Position numbers and translations under genes: made by a program. The notes beneath the pieces were generated by a model. It saw only the letters and a program-made list of their open reading frames with translations, made no database searches and had not been told where the DNA came from. DNA of 63,210 nt, counting the filler. It is 14 parts of 14 records of this genome, joined end to end, with 100 filler letters (N's around TTAATTAATTAA, not from the genome) between each part and the next. Parts side by side here need not be neighbours in the genome. Positions count along the whole stretch, not along the records: positions 38,655 to 42,429 come from SRR9188676_1825; positions 42,530 to 48,680 come from SRR9188676_1826; positions 48,781 to 51,898 come from SRR9188676_1828; 11 more parts are not named here. The stretch is one strand, 5' to 3'. This document shows, in pieces, positions 39,490 to 50,619 of the stretch; the first letter of the stretch is position 1, and each line of letters starts with the position of its first letter.

Positions 39490-40824
39490 TTAGCAAACCT
39501 TCAATGCGTTTGATCTGAGCCATTCTGGGCGTGTTGTCGTTACTTTGGCTTTTAATTCGTTAAGAATAGAATATAAGCCAAAATAAGTACGATTAATATA
39601 CAAACCATGTTGTGAACCTCTGGCTACTTTAGAGCTTTTTAGTTCATCTAAGTTTTGTAATTTCTCTGCATATAAATATACACTTTCGAAATATTCGTCA
39701 TCGGCAAAATCAAATTCTTCTACAGCGAAAGGCTTTCCAAGTAAAAAAATCATTTCTTTAAAAAGCTCAGTAAAAAATATTGCTTCTTTTTCAGAATCGG
39801 ATTTTGTGATAAAATCCAAGGTTTTGAAAATTCTTGTTGTTTTATCATTATCATTTAAAGTATCAAAATTGATTAATGCGAAGTAATTATCATAAAATTC
39901 ATCATTAATTACTTTAATGCAACCAAAATCAATAATTCCCATTGTCCCATCTTTTCTCATTAAGAAATTTCCGGGATGCGGGTCTGCATGAACTTTGCGA
40001 AGTGTATGTATCTGAAAATCATAAAAATCCCAAAGTGCCTGACCAATTTTGTTTCGAATTTCTTGTGAAGGATTTGTTTTCAGAAATTCATTTAAATGAA
40101 ATCCTTCCAGCCAATCCATTGTCAGAATTCTTTCACAAGATAAATCAGCGTAATATTTTGGAAAAAATAAACCGTCGATATGTGCGCAAGCCTCTGAGAT
40201 TTCGACAGAGCGTTTTAATTCTAATAAATAATCAGTTTCTTCGATGAGCTTTTCTGCAACTTCACCCATGTACCTATCAACATCATTCTCATTTAACCCA
40301 AACATTGCGATTGCAATTGGACGAATCATTTTTAAATCACTACCAATACTTTCTGAAACACCTGGATATTGTACTTTAACCGCTAACGGTTTACCATTTT
40401 TAGTAGCCTTGTGTACTTGTCCGATAGAGGCAGCATTGCTTGCATTTATGTCAAAAGTATCATAAAGTTCTTGTGGCGATTTACCAAAATGTTTCCTAAA
40501 CGTTTTCATTACTAAAGGTCCAGAAAGGGGCGGAGCAGAGTATTGAGACATAGCAAATTTTTCTCTGTAAGCTCTTGGCAACATTCCTTTGTCCATACTT
40601 AACATTTGTGTAACTTTGAGGGCAGAACCTTTCATCTCGCTCAAAGAGGAGTAGATGTCAGTAGCATTGTCTTGATGTAATTCGTCACGACTAATATTGG
40701 GGTCAATCATTTTTTTAACATTATGTTTTAAATAATTACCACCAATTTTTACACCAGTCTTTACGAATTTTGTAGCTCTTGCAACCTTTGAAGTTGGTAT
40801 CGAATTTTGTTCTTTCATTGTCAT
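39490..40824 (-). CDS. AarF/ABC1/UbiB family atypical kinase
   Basis: KGSALKVTQ, AASIGQVHKA, AVKVQYPG, HADPHPGNF and DFG motifs. Confidence 0.93.
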   Translation of the reverse strand: MTMKEQNSIPTSKVARATKFVKTGVKIGGNYLKHNVKKMIDPNISRDELHQDNATDIYSSLSEMKGSALKVTQMLSMDKGMLPRAYREKFAMSQYSAPPLSGPLVMKTFRKHFGKSPQELYDTFDINASNAASIGQVHKATKNGKPLAVKVQYPGVSESIGSDLKMIRPIAIAMFGLNENDVDRYMGEVAEKLIEETDYLLELKRSVEISEACAHIDGLFFPKYYADLSCERILTMDWLEGFHLNEFLKTNPSQEIRNKIGQALWDFYDFQIHTLRKVHADPHPGNFLMRKDGTMGIIDFGCIKVINDEFYDNYFALINFDTLNDNDKTTRIFKTLDFITKSDSEKEAIFFTELFKEMIFLLGKPFAVEEFDFADDEYFESVYLYAEKLQNLDELKSSKVARGSQHGLYINRTYFGLYSILNELKAKVTTTRPEWLRSNALKVC

Positions 40825-40947
40825 AGAGAAAATCTATACTCTTATTTTAAGTACCAAATAATATATTTGTTAAAATATTAACTTGTTGTTTATCAAATAT
40901 GTTATGGCTATTTATATAAATAAAAAATTTAGAATATATTTTTCCTG

Positions 40948-41580
40948 TTATCTGTTTTGAAACATGAATTTTGCAAAGTCAAGCACAGAATCTAGGGCAG
41001 ATGAAGCCATCAAATCAAACGAAGTATTTACTGATTTTTCAATCATAGCATCTGTTTGTTCAAAGCCTTTTGTTTTATCTTTTACCCAAAAATCTAGTAT
41101 CATCAAGAACTGTAACCAAAAGGCATCTGGGTATCTTTCATCAATAAATTTTCTAGGTTGTACTTCATTACTTTCTTTTCCTTCTAAAACCAAATCATGA
41201 GAAAATTCTTTAAAAGCAATTTTCAAGTCGGTCATGAAAACAGGCGTTTTTAATTTACGTTTGTCGATAAGTCGCCAAGTTTGTGATGTGTAACTTCTAT
41301 GTTGTTTAAGCACTTCAATCCATGTGTAGTAAAATGCTAAAAGCTTTTCACGAACACTATACGTAGCATATACTTCTTCGGATTCAATTTTGCTTTTGGT
41401 TTCATTGAAAAAGCCGAGCCAAATAGCACTTTCTAAAAGCTCAAATGAATTATAGTGTTCATAGAATTCACTCTCTTTCATTTTCAATTTTTTAGTGAAA
41501 GCAAATACAGAAGGGGGTTGAGTTCCATTTTCAAGAAAGTACTCAATGTAGGCCTGTTTGATTTTTTCTACTTTATCCAT
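40948..41580 (-). CDS. TetR/AcrR-like regulator (Bacteroidota type usually paired with the ABC1 kinase)
   Basis: N-terminal HTH-like segment PSVFAFTKKLKMKESEFYEHY and conserved tail FEQTDAMIEKSV...DFAKFMF. Confidence 0.75.
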   Translation of the reverse strand: MDKVEKIKQAYIEYFLENGTQPPSVFAFTKKLKMKESEFYEHYNSFELLESAIWLGFFNETKSKIESEEVYATYSVREKLLAFYYTWIEVLKQHRSYTSQTWRLIDKRKLKTPVFMTDLKIAFKEFSHDLVLEGKESNEVQPRKFIDERYPDAFWLQFLMILDFWVKDKTKGFEQTDAMIEKSVNTSFDLMASSALDSVLDFAKFMFQNR

Positions 41581-41685
41581 GTTTTTTCTTTTTTGTTATT
41601 CAGCAAGAAGGATATAATATCTACTTATGATGCTGTAACATACTGGTGAAGAGCTTTGTTTCTTATTCTTAGAATAATTGCAATA

Positions 41686-42429
41686 TTAACGTTGTACTAA
41701 AACTTTTTTTGAAATGTATTCAGTAGCAGTTTTTACATTGACAATGTAATATCCTGTTGCTAATGCTTCTGAACTCAAATAATAGAAACCACTTTTTTGT
41801 TTATTAAGATTTTTTTCTTGCATTAAAATGCCTCTGCCATCATAAAGCTGAATACTTAAATCTTGCTCATCTTTAAAAGTTACTCTTATTTTGATACTTC
41901 CGTCAGTTGAAGGGTTGATTGGATTGGGCTCAACAGATGCTTGTAGTTTTTCAGTATCTGAAAGTGGTTCGGCATTATTTAATAATTTTTGTCGCTTCAT
42001 ACTTAAGTTCAAGGCCGCTCTTGTTCTATTTTTTTGGTCGAGCGTAAAAACATTCATGCAGCGGTCTGGAGAATAATCCATGTAGTTTTCAATCATATTA
42101 GTAATGCTCTCATTACTACAGCTGGAAGTCAATTTATCACAAGTTGTGTTTAAGTTCAAACTTTCAATTTGAGGTGTATCATCACAGTAATCTGTTCCAC
42201 AATTTTCATCTCCATTTGGATGTAAAAGTCCAAGCCAGTGACCTACTTCATGGGTTGTAGTTCGTCCTAAATTATAAGTCTGGCTTAAAGTACCGCAACA
42301 ATTTCCAAAATTTTTATAGTCAATAATTACTCCATCGAATAATTCTTGTTCAGCAATATTTGAATTATTAGCACCTAATCCTTCGATTTTACTATCATAA
42401 GGGAAACTTGCATAGCCAATTACTCCGTT
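41686..42429 (-). CDS. M43 (pappalysin/ulilysin) zinc metalloprotease with T9SS C-terminal sorting domain, 5' partial
   Basis: The frame is open from the contig end and contains GRTTTHEVGHWLGLLH, DTP and the NYMDYS Met-turn. The C-terminus reads PNP...IQLYD.RG...LATGYYIV...KKVLVQR. Confidence 0.92.
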   Translation of the reverse strand, partial: NGVIGYASFPYDSKIEGLGANNSNIAEQELFDGVIIDYKNFGNCCGTLSQTYNLGRTTTHEVGHWLGLLHPNGDENCGTDYCDDTPQIESLNLNTTCDKLTSSCSNESITNMIENYMDYSPDRCMNVFTLDQKNRTRAALNLSMKRQKLLNNAEPLSDTEKLQASVEPNPINPSTDGSIKIRVTFKDEQDLSIQLYDGRGILMQEKNLNKQKSGFYYLSSEALATGYYIVNVKTATEYISKKVLVQR

Positions 42430-43339
42430 NNNNNNNNNNNNNNNNNNNNNNNNNNNNNNNNNNNNNNNNNNNNTTAATTAATTAANNNNNNNNNNNNNNN
42501 NNNNNNNNNNNNNNNNNNNNNNNNNNNNNGGGGGATGAAAGTTATTCATAGACTGGAAGGATAGATGAAATGGGTCAGCTCAAATCACAACCAACTTGAA
42601 TCAAAATTCTTCCTGACAGCAAAAGGGGGTTTAAGAGACGCGGCCCCAAGCTGATTTTAACAAACGAACGAAGAAACGATTCAGGTCGGTTCTGATTACG
42701 GTGACCCGAATAGTCTACTGATACGATTGTTCTTTTTCTTTGGTTTCGTTTCAGAAATATTCGGAGTCATTTTTCCCATTGAGCAGTAAAAACTCTTCAT
42801 CCGGGAGCCATTCGAAGGACAATATTAATGAGGCCTTTTCGTGATTGATTTATCTCTTTCAATCTAGATCGGTTCAGCTCAATTTTTGTTGCGGCCATGA
42901 CCTTGGTAAGGGGGGTCTGAGTAATCAAATAAATCGACAGAAGTGATTGTATTGTAGACTAGTAAGGGGAGAAAAGGCGCTATTCACAATTCCTGGGGGA
43001 ACAAAAACTTTGATGCAGTGTGCTGTCATGTTATGCGTGATTAGGTGTGGCATGTATATGTGTGGCTTGCGTATTGTGCGGCTTATCATTCAGCCCGAGG
43101 CAGAGCTGTTTCTTACTTTATCATTCATAATAGCCCGGGAATTAGTTGGAGTTGCTAGCTCCTTAGGAGGGCTCAGAAACCCAGATTTTTTGTGAAAAGA
43201 ATGTAAATGCATATCAGTTCCCAGCCTAGACCCGAAAAAGCGGAAAGGAACAAGATTCCAGGGAGAAAAAAACCCACCGAGACAAGCAATTCCCCCGATT
43301 CCATTCCCGGAAGAACAAAAACCCTACTTACACACACTC

Positions 43340-46300
43340 ACTAGCGAGGAAGTCGACATACGTATGCCCAGGTACTTTCAGTTCTATGTAATATGTAACA
43401 ACGAACAGTTATATTTTGGTCTCGTACTTTTGTTCAGGCCCCGTAGGGATCGATCACCAGCTGTTGCCACGATGTCATTGGTGAGGGGATCGACGACCAC
43501 CCCCCCTATACCCAGATACCCCCCCTGTGCAGCGGTGCGGGCGACATCCATAGCCATGCGCATGTACTTGCTCATTGCTGCCAGCTCATCATCACTCAGC
43601 ACACGTGTCTCTTCGGGAATCCCGCTCCGGGGCCTGTTACGCCACATCATGTTACATCACAAGATTTGTTAGCGCTACAAGCTACAATTATCTCATAGTG
43701 CTGTTATGTTGTTGAACCGTTGTCCACGAACATTCAAAAACCGTTCAAATACCGAAACCCAAAGATCCCGGTTCAGTTCCGAGTGTTTCCTCATTCTTTG
43801 TTCTTTTTTTCATATTTCTTGTCTTATTTTGCCTCTAATCAATTGTTCTTCAATCATCACGAGCTAAAAAGAACATAAAACTCGAGAGCTCCGCGAAATG
43901 AAGATATAGACAAGCTCTCCCACCCAAAAAGAAAAGAGGTATTTTCGGAATAATGGTTGGGATAACGGACATCTGGTTCGCGATCTTTTTTTTTTTTCGT
44001 GTGTGTGTGGAAAATCGGTTGTTAAAACAGCACTACTGCTCATATAGCACAAATGGATATAGAATATCCAGCAGATAGAATATTCAGAATAGCAGAGATG
44101 TCATTATTCGATTGCATTCTCGAAGGCTTTAAAAAAAGGGGGAGGGGTTGTGTGAATGGAGATGATTGAATGTGAATGATCATGAATACGTGAAGATGAT
44201 TATTCTTATCAGAACATATTTTGATATCTCATCATAGACAAAGATAACACACACAACGAACCAAATTCATCGATTCGAAGTAATCCCAATAACATCACAG
44301 AGACTTCTCATCTTTTTTTGTTCACTCTCTCTTTCTCCCACTCTTTCACTTTCGTTTTTTCTTCGTTCTTTTTCCCTCTCGGAAACAAGCAAAATAATTT
44401 CATCATGCAGACCTGAAGTTGATAGGCCACAGTTGCGAAAACTCAGTGTGTTGCTCACGTGTCCAGGGTGCATATCGAGATACCTACAAAATCATTGCAC
44501 CAGAAATCAGTGATAGCTCGATTTCACCAAGGGAAAGGAAGAAAGTCAAAAGTTCATTGGAGATAGCGGAGGGGATGCTCTCGGAGGAAGGATAAAAATG
44601 ATCGGAAAAGCAGAGAAGAATAAGATACATAAAATAAGTTCGTATTTACCAACATCATTGCATAATCGATTGCTAGACTCTCCCAACAATTAAGGGAGTC
44701 ATATATCAGATACATGTTTGACAACAACTTATGGAACTGATAGAATGAACATGATATGTGTGAAGATGATTATTCTGATAACAACCCAATCACGATTTGT
44801 CCCAAGTTCGCGCAATTCACCCCGCATTAATGACATTGAACAGAGTCAGAAGGAGGCTCCATTCCCGTACAATGTCGGAAAGTTCTCTCCCAGTTCCGAC
44901 CACAGATGACATATTCCCGCTCGTTCTCTCCCTCTTTAAGAAATTTGCCAGGAAAAATAGCTTCGAGTTTTCGAAATCTGAGCTCTCAATCAACCAATAA
45001 ATTATGTTTCTGGTTTGTAGCGAAGGATCACTTCCTCCAACGTTCGTGTGCTTTGAGGTCATCCAAGGTTCTAAATCATGACGGCCGCCACTAACTGACG
45101 GCCTTTAGAAGTTGAGATGATGTTTTCTTCCCTAGACGCTCGTTTCTCGCCAATCAAAGAATAAAACAACAGCACCTCAGGCTAATTTTCTCTCAGAGGG
45201 ATGGCTAAAATCTCGGCCTTCGGAAAAAATATACGAACACCATGATCATATTATCGGGTCGTAACGATCCTGAAAATCTTGCAGGAAAGGGATATAAGCA
45301 ACAATTGTTAACCAAAACCAGTCTACAAGTTCAGTTAATTTATTTAATTTCGTTCTTTATGCCAGAGGGCGTTGCTGGATCCGACACTTAAATTGGGCGT
45401 CAGACAGCTTTTCATCGTGAAAGAGCGATTCGAGATGTGTTTCACAATGGAAACTTGGGTCCATGGTATGGTAAGGGAGAGCCAGTAGCGGCACCTGAAA
45501 AATGGCGGGCATAGATGCACTCGCCACATACAGCATATCGTTGTTCGGGTGAATGCATAGCGCATTCGGCTCAGGAATTTGAGAAATAGATTTCGAAAAG
45601 TCACGGAAGGATTGAAGAATGGTTCGGCTTTCAGGCTGCTCGGCTTGATCTTCATCACGATTCTGATCCACATGAGAATAACTGGAATTCATTGTGAAAG
45701 TCCTTGATGAATTCTCCGTGCTGTTGGGATGATAAGGATTATACTTGCAAAGAGGGTAAGGGCTGGAGTTATGGGGCGGAACGGGTAGAGCCCATAGGCC
45801 ATATTCAGAATCAACATAGTAGATGGAATCGTCCACGTCGGCGACCAGTTGGGTAGGGAATGATGGGACAACAAGTGTTGTGGACACTGTGCATGAGTGG
45901 GTATGTTTCTCCAGGTCTTCGGACTCGTCGTTCGGCTCCACGCATCGGATTGCGTTATTGTAGGTATCCGAAAGATAGAAGCGATTCCCATCACCAAAGA
46001 ATGCAAGACTGCATGGGCTGTGGAAATGGGACATCAACCCCGGACCGTCTAACAAGGCACCTGATGTCATGTTATTTCCGCAATAAGTGCTGACAAGATC
46101 ATCATGGATGACGCGGATGACGCAATTTCCAGAGTCTGTGACATACAACTGGTTATTCACATTAAATGAAATGTGAGAAGGACGCAAGAATCGAGCTTCA
46201 GAAAGATGGCCATCAAGGTAAGCCCCATCGTATTCATCACCAGCATATATGAGCCAATCACCGGCTTCGAATCGATAGACACAATGCGTATATTTGGAGG

Positions 46301-47327
46301 TTGCGTAAATGAATCCATCCCGATCTTGCGCAATGGATTGAATTTCATGGGGGAAATGAGCTAGGGGATCTTCATCGCCGGTGCGTGTGGAGACAGCGCT
46401 GATTTCCCCGGAAGAGAACCCAACGAGGAGAGAGTCTTCATCACGAGCAATCATTGTGACAGGATACTTGTTGTCAAAGTAAATCTCTTCGATTAAAGAA
46501 TGCATGCCAAGAAGCAAAAACGCAAAGTAGATACGTAGCCCCCGGTTTTTTTGTGTTTTGAGCTCGAGCCACGGTGGCTGGACCCTTCGAGAGTGAAAGA
46601 GATGGGTCTGACCAAGTTTTCTTACTCCTGACCGATGCCGAATGTCGACTTTCCTTGCCTTTTCAATCCACTTTTGTCAATAAAAGCTTGATAAAACACA
46701 ATAAAAGAATATGCGCATGTACTTCCTCAAAAATTCGACTTGGAAAAAAATGGGTTCTATGGGATCAAGTTGATCTTCGATGTTGTGATGATTGATGACA
46801 GTCGTAACAAAAAAAATCGATTGTATAGCTCTCGAAGTATATCTTTGCCAGGCAAAGTGAAAAAATATATATGTGAAGACTGAATGACCAAACCAAAAGC
46901 AGAAAGCCCAAACATACCTCAACTACGAAAGGATTCAGATTAAATGGCTGAAGTAAGGTCCGAATCGCATCCAAATCAGCTAGTATTTGCGCTTTGGGCC
47001 ATAATAATATCGAAAGCTTGGACTCTACGAGCAAAAGTCAGATTAGATGAAGAGATGAAAATTGTGAATCATACCCTTTCCCTCTCCTATCTTTCGGATC
47101 CGCTTTAAATGAACAAAATCGTTAAGTGGAACAGAATTCGAGAGTATTCTAACAGAAAAAATTATCAGAATCAAGTTCAGAGAAGCGATCGAGCGAACAT
47201 ACTTCATCAGTGGACTCGCGTCCTTGGTGATGATCTCAGAGGCAAAGAATTCAACTTTTTCATATGGAGGAGGCTCCTCAAGAGGCCCTAAATACTTCAC
47301 TTCTCGACGCAAGGCCTCGAAATCCAT
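43340..47327 (-). CDS. ADAT3: tRNA-specific adenosine-34 deaminase subunit ADAT3/Tad3, spliced; C-terminal PCxxC region not found in contig
   Basis: VHLKRIRK, then LNPFVVE | VSRYAPWTREQHTEFSQLWPINF, then YMRMAMDVA...GGVVVDP follow the ADAT3 motif order. Confidence 0.8.
45357..46517 (-). CDS. NHL-repeat beta-propeller protein, intronless, nested in an ADAT3 intron; ends at what looks like a BTB domain start
   Basis: DGHLSEARFLRPSHI...LYVTDSGNCVIR and DGPGLMSHFHSPCSL...YLSDTYNNAIR repeats, with C-terminal LESLFHDEKLSDAQF. Confidence 0.8.
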   Translation of the reverse strand: MLLGMHSLIEEIYFDNKYPVTMIARDEDSLLVGFSSGEISAVSTRTGDEDPLAHFPHEIQSIAQDRDGFIYATSKYTHCVYRFEAGDWLIYAGDEYDGAYLDGHLSEARFLRPSHISFNVNNQLYVTDSGNCVIRVIHDDLVSTYCGNNMTSGALLDGPGLMSHFHSPCSLAFFGDGNRFYLSDTYNNAIRCVEPNDESEDLEKHTHSCTVSTTLVVPSFPTQLVADVDDSIYYVDSEYGLWALPVPPHNSSPYPLCKYNPYHPNSTENSSRTFTMNSSYSHVDQNRDEDQAEQPESRTILQSFRDFSKSISQIPEPNALCIHPNNDMLYVASASMPAIFQVPLLALPYHTMDPSFHCETHLESLFHDEKLSDAQFKCRIQQRPLA

Positions 47328-47425
47328 CCGAATTTCCTTGGGCAGGAGACAGTTTAGAGAGATAGGGCAATTGGCTGCCCCGAGCTGCGGACCCTCTCGA
47401 GCTCTTCTTTTTTGGCGGTAATTCA

Positions 47426-48624
47426 ATGGGAGATATTGAGGATTTGGGTAATGACGCCCAGCTATTGGCACCTCCGAGATCCTCTCATGGCTCCTTTGTC
47501 CCGCCCAAAAAGACAGTCAAGCTAACTGAGGAGGTATGCTCGAGATCAAGATTTCCTCCTCAATTCTTAGAGTTTACCATGAAATACAGGTTGTTGGAAA
47601 CATTCCTGGTGCAGGTCAGAAGATTTTCCTCAAAACATGGGGCTGCTCACATAATATTAGCGATAGTGAGGTCAGAATGGACATTTTGTCTCTCTCATCT
47701 TGTGGGTTTTTAATGCATTCTTCTGTAGTACATGGCCGGCCTATTATCTGCGTATGGCTATGTTGTTACAACGGATGAGAAGGAAGCTGGTAAAACTCTT
47801 ATTCCGAAATGTTTTCACCTCTATTCTCTGCCTCTGACTGAAGTCGTCTTCCAATCCAGAATCCTCGGATTTGCTTCTTTTCAACAGCTGTACTGTGAAA
47901 AACCCATCTCAGGACACCTTCATCAATCAAGGTACGCTAAATTAACCCATTTTTTGGAATGTATCTTCTGAGACCCTATGATGCTATTTTTTCATCATTT
48001 CATCTTTATCGATAGTGAACTATGGAAAAAACAAGCGCAAGCCCGTTGTAGTTGCTGGGTGCGTCCCTCAGGGCGAACCAGACAACCCAGCATTTGACGG
48101 GATCAGTGTGATTGGAGTGCAACAAATTGACCGTGTGGTGGAGGTTGTCGAAGAGACTCTCCAGGGGAACACAGTCAGGCTTATGGCGAAAAACGATAAG
48201 CCTTCCTTGGATTTGCCGAAGATCCGTAAAAATCAGTTCATTGAAATTATTCCGATCAGGTAAATACTACTCCAAACTCTTTGTAGCTGTTGCTCGCTCC
48301 AACATTTTCCGTGATCCTCGATCAATTCGTGTTCGCTTGTTGATCCCTCCGACAAGATAATCTTATTTCCTGATCTTTTTTCTCCCCGATCTTTGAGCCT
48401 CCTCGCATTATGGATACCCTTCCATCCTGCTTTTCCGCCTACTAAAGTCGCTGTCTGTGGAATTGACATGCTGTCATGTTATGATGGTGTATCAGTGTGG
48501 GGTGTCTTGATGCGTGCACGTACTGCAAGACGCGTGATGCACGAGGCAAGCTAGCCAGCTATGACCCCAGTGCCATTCTGGCCAGGGCCAAGAAGGCTAT
48601 CGCCGAGGGTGTCGGAGAAATTTG
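47426..48624 (+). CDS. CDKAL1: tRNA methylthiotransferase CDKAL1 (radical SAM), 3' partial
   Basis: MGDIED..., KTWGCSHNISDSE|YMAG, NSCTVKNPS, VVAGCVPQ, GVQQIDRVVEVVEETL and GCLDACTYCKT (CxxxCxxC). Confidence 0.95.
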
Positions 48625-48971
48625 GTGGGTTCTCATTAAACGCCTATCACATCACTATTGTCAGAGAAGTAATGGATCAGNNNNNNNNNNNNNNNNNNNN
48701 NNNNNNNNNNNNNNNNNNNNNNNNTTAATTAATTAANNNNNNNNNNNNNNNNNNNNNNNNNNNNNNNNNNNNNNNNNNNNGGGGGGGGGAAAAAAAAGGG
48801 GGGGGGGGGATACTCTGTCATACCTCCCCGACGAGATCTTATTCAAGTGTTCATGTCCCCTATACTTTGCATTGTTTACCAATTTATTCTCTCTCTCTCT
48901 TCTTATGTTGGAGCGGCTGGGGAGCGAAGAAAGTGTGAAAAAGAAAGAGCGAAAAAAAAAGAATCACGTAC

Positions 48972-49613
48972 GATTTTCTTTGTGGGACTTCGGGCGCGCT
49001 TTCGCGTCACAGTGCTTGCATCAAATTCCTCGTCAGGAGAAGGCACAGTGTGGCCATCCCCCCCAGCAGAGCCGTCTGCATTCACACCATGATTCTGTGC
49101 ACTAGCTCCTGCACTATTCGGCACAGCTCCAGTATGGGCTTGGGCATGGGCAGATGGATTTCCAGCTGAAGACGCTGATAATGATGATGAGGCAGAATCC
49201 GCAGAGGATGATACTCGCGCACCTCGAGCAGATGAACTTTGTCCTGATGTTGTAGTGCTGATTGATGTGTGTGAGGTAGTAGTAGAGCTGGATTGTGCTA
49301 CTTTTGATGTTGATGTTGTTGATGATGATACTCTACCACTTGTTGTTCCACTTGATGATGATGAGGAGGAGGAATTGGGCTGAGTAGATGTGGATGTACT
49401 TATGGAGGTGGCAGAACTATGTGTGGTAGTAGAGGGTCGGGAGCTGCGAGGTGGTTTCTTGTCTGAGTCTATGGAAGTGGATGTGGCTGTGGATGTGAGG
49501 GCTTCTGGGCCTGTGGCTGATGTACCGGCCCGTGTTCGAGCGCTCCCCCGTTGTTCAGTTCGCAAGTTGAACTGCAAGGGTGACATCGGAAGGACAGGGA
49601 AATCAGAGAGCAT
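48972..49613 (-). CDS. Ser/Thr-rich low-complexity protein, first exon
   Basis: Long S/T-rich ORF with an NLS-like RKRARSPTKK, ending at a GTACGT donor. Confidence 0.55.
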
Positions 49614-50619
49614 GAGATTTTGATTTCTGGGAAAGCATTTTCATATCAGGAGCGAAAAGTCGAAAGGATTTAGCATGGATTTTCACGGTTTCCGCTGATA
49701 ATTTGTAGTGTCCTGGATACTAATTTAAATTCGTGCAGATATTCACCAACCGGCGGATTGTTTGTGTGCAATGAGGGGGCTAATTGAAAGAATTTTTCAT
49801 AGTTTTGTCTTGAATATATCTAGTTTTGTAATGCGATATATCACATCGAATAAAAACTACGTACCTCCTCCGGAATGGTCAAGTTTCTGACTGATCGCAC
49901 TGGCATCGCAGAGCCAGAGGCCAAAAGGGCCTTCTTCATGAATTCTACATTCTTTTTTCGGGCGTCTGCAACCTTTTGTTGCCATTCCTTCATTTCTTTC
50001 AAAGCAAGCTGGAGAGGATCATAGGGAGAAATCGGAATCAGAAGATCATTAATGCATGCAAAGCGGGAGGAGGGTGGATGAGCTCACCTCTTCACTACTC
50101 AGCTGATAACATAACATCAAGATATAAAAATCATGAAATAGAGCAAGAAAAAGAAAGAGATATGTAAGCTCATTAATCGAAATTTCGGCGAATTTTCATA
50201 CCGCTTTTTTATCCTTTTGGGGAGCATCTTTGTGAGCAGTTGTCAGATTTGCATCCTTAATTTCAGCCTAGAATAGAGTCACCATTACGCTGGAGCTATG
50301 AGACTTCAGAATTAATTACCTTGGCATGTGTCGATTCAGATGATCTGATTCAAAAAGAAAATTGTGAGTTTCCAGACAGGAAAGCAGATCATATGCTAGA
50401 ACGTACGTGGAATTGTTCTCAGAAGCAGTTTTTGTGGCTTGAGATCTCATTTTTTTGTGACGATTTTTTCGCAAAATCGTGATGAATATGAACTTCCTCT
50501 GGATAGATGTTCTTTTTCTTCCCGAAGATTTTGAATTCCCAACGGTTGAATTTTGAAAGTACGTGTGGAGGTGCCTTTCCTCCAGTATTTAGTGGATTTA
50601 GTCAAGATAGATAGAGTTT

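Noticed and set aside
38655-42429. Horizontal transfer of Bacteroidota genes into the eukaryote, or a tRNA-anchored island
   Set aside because: It is a separate contig with ordinary bacterial organisation, and has no integrase or att duplication.
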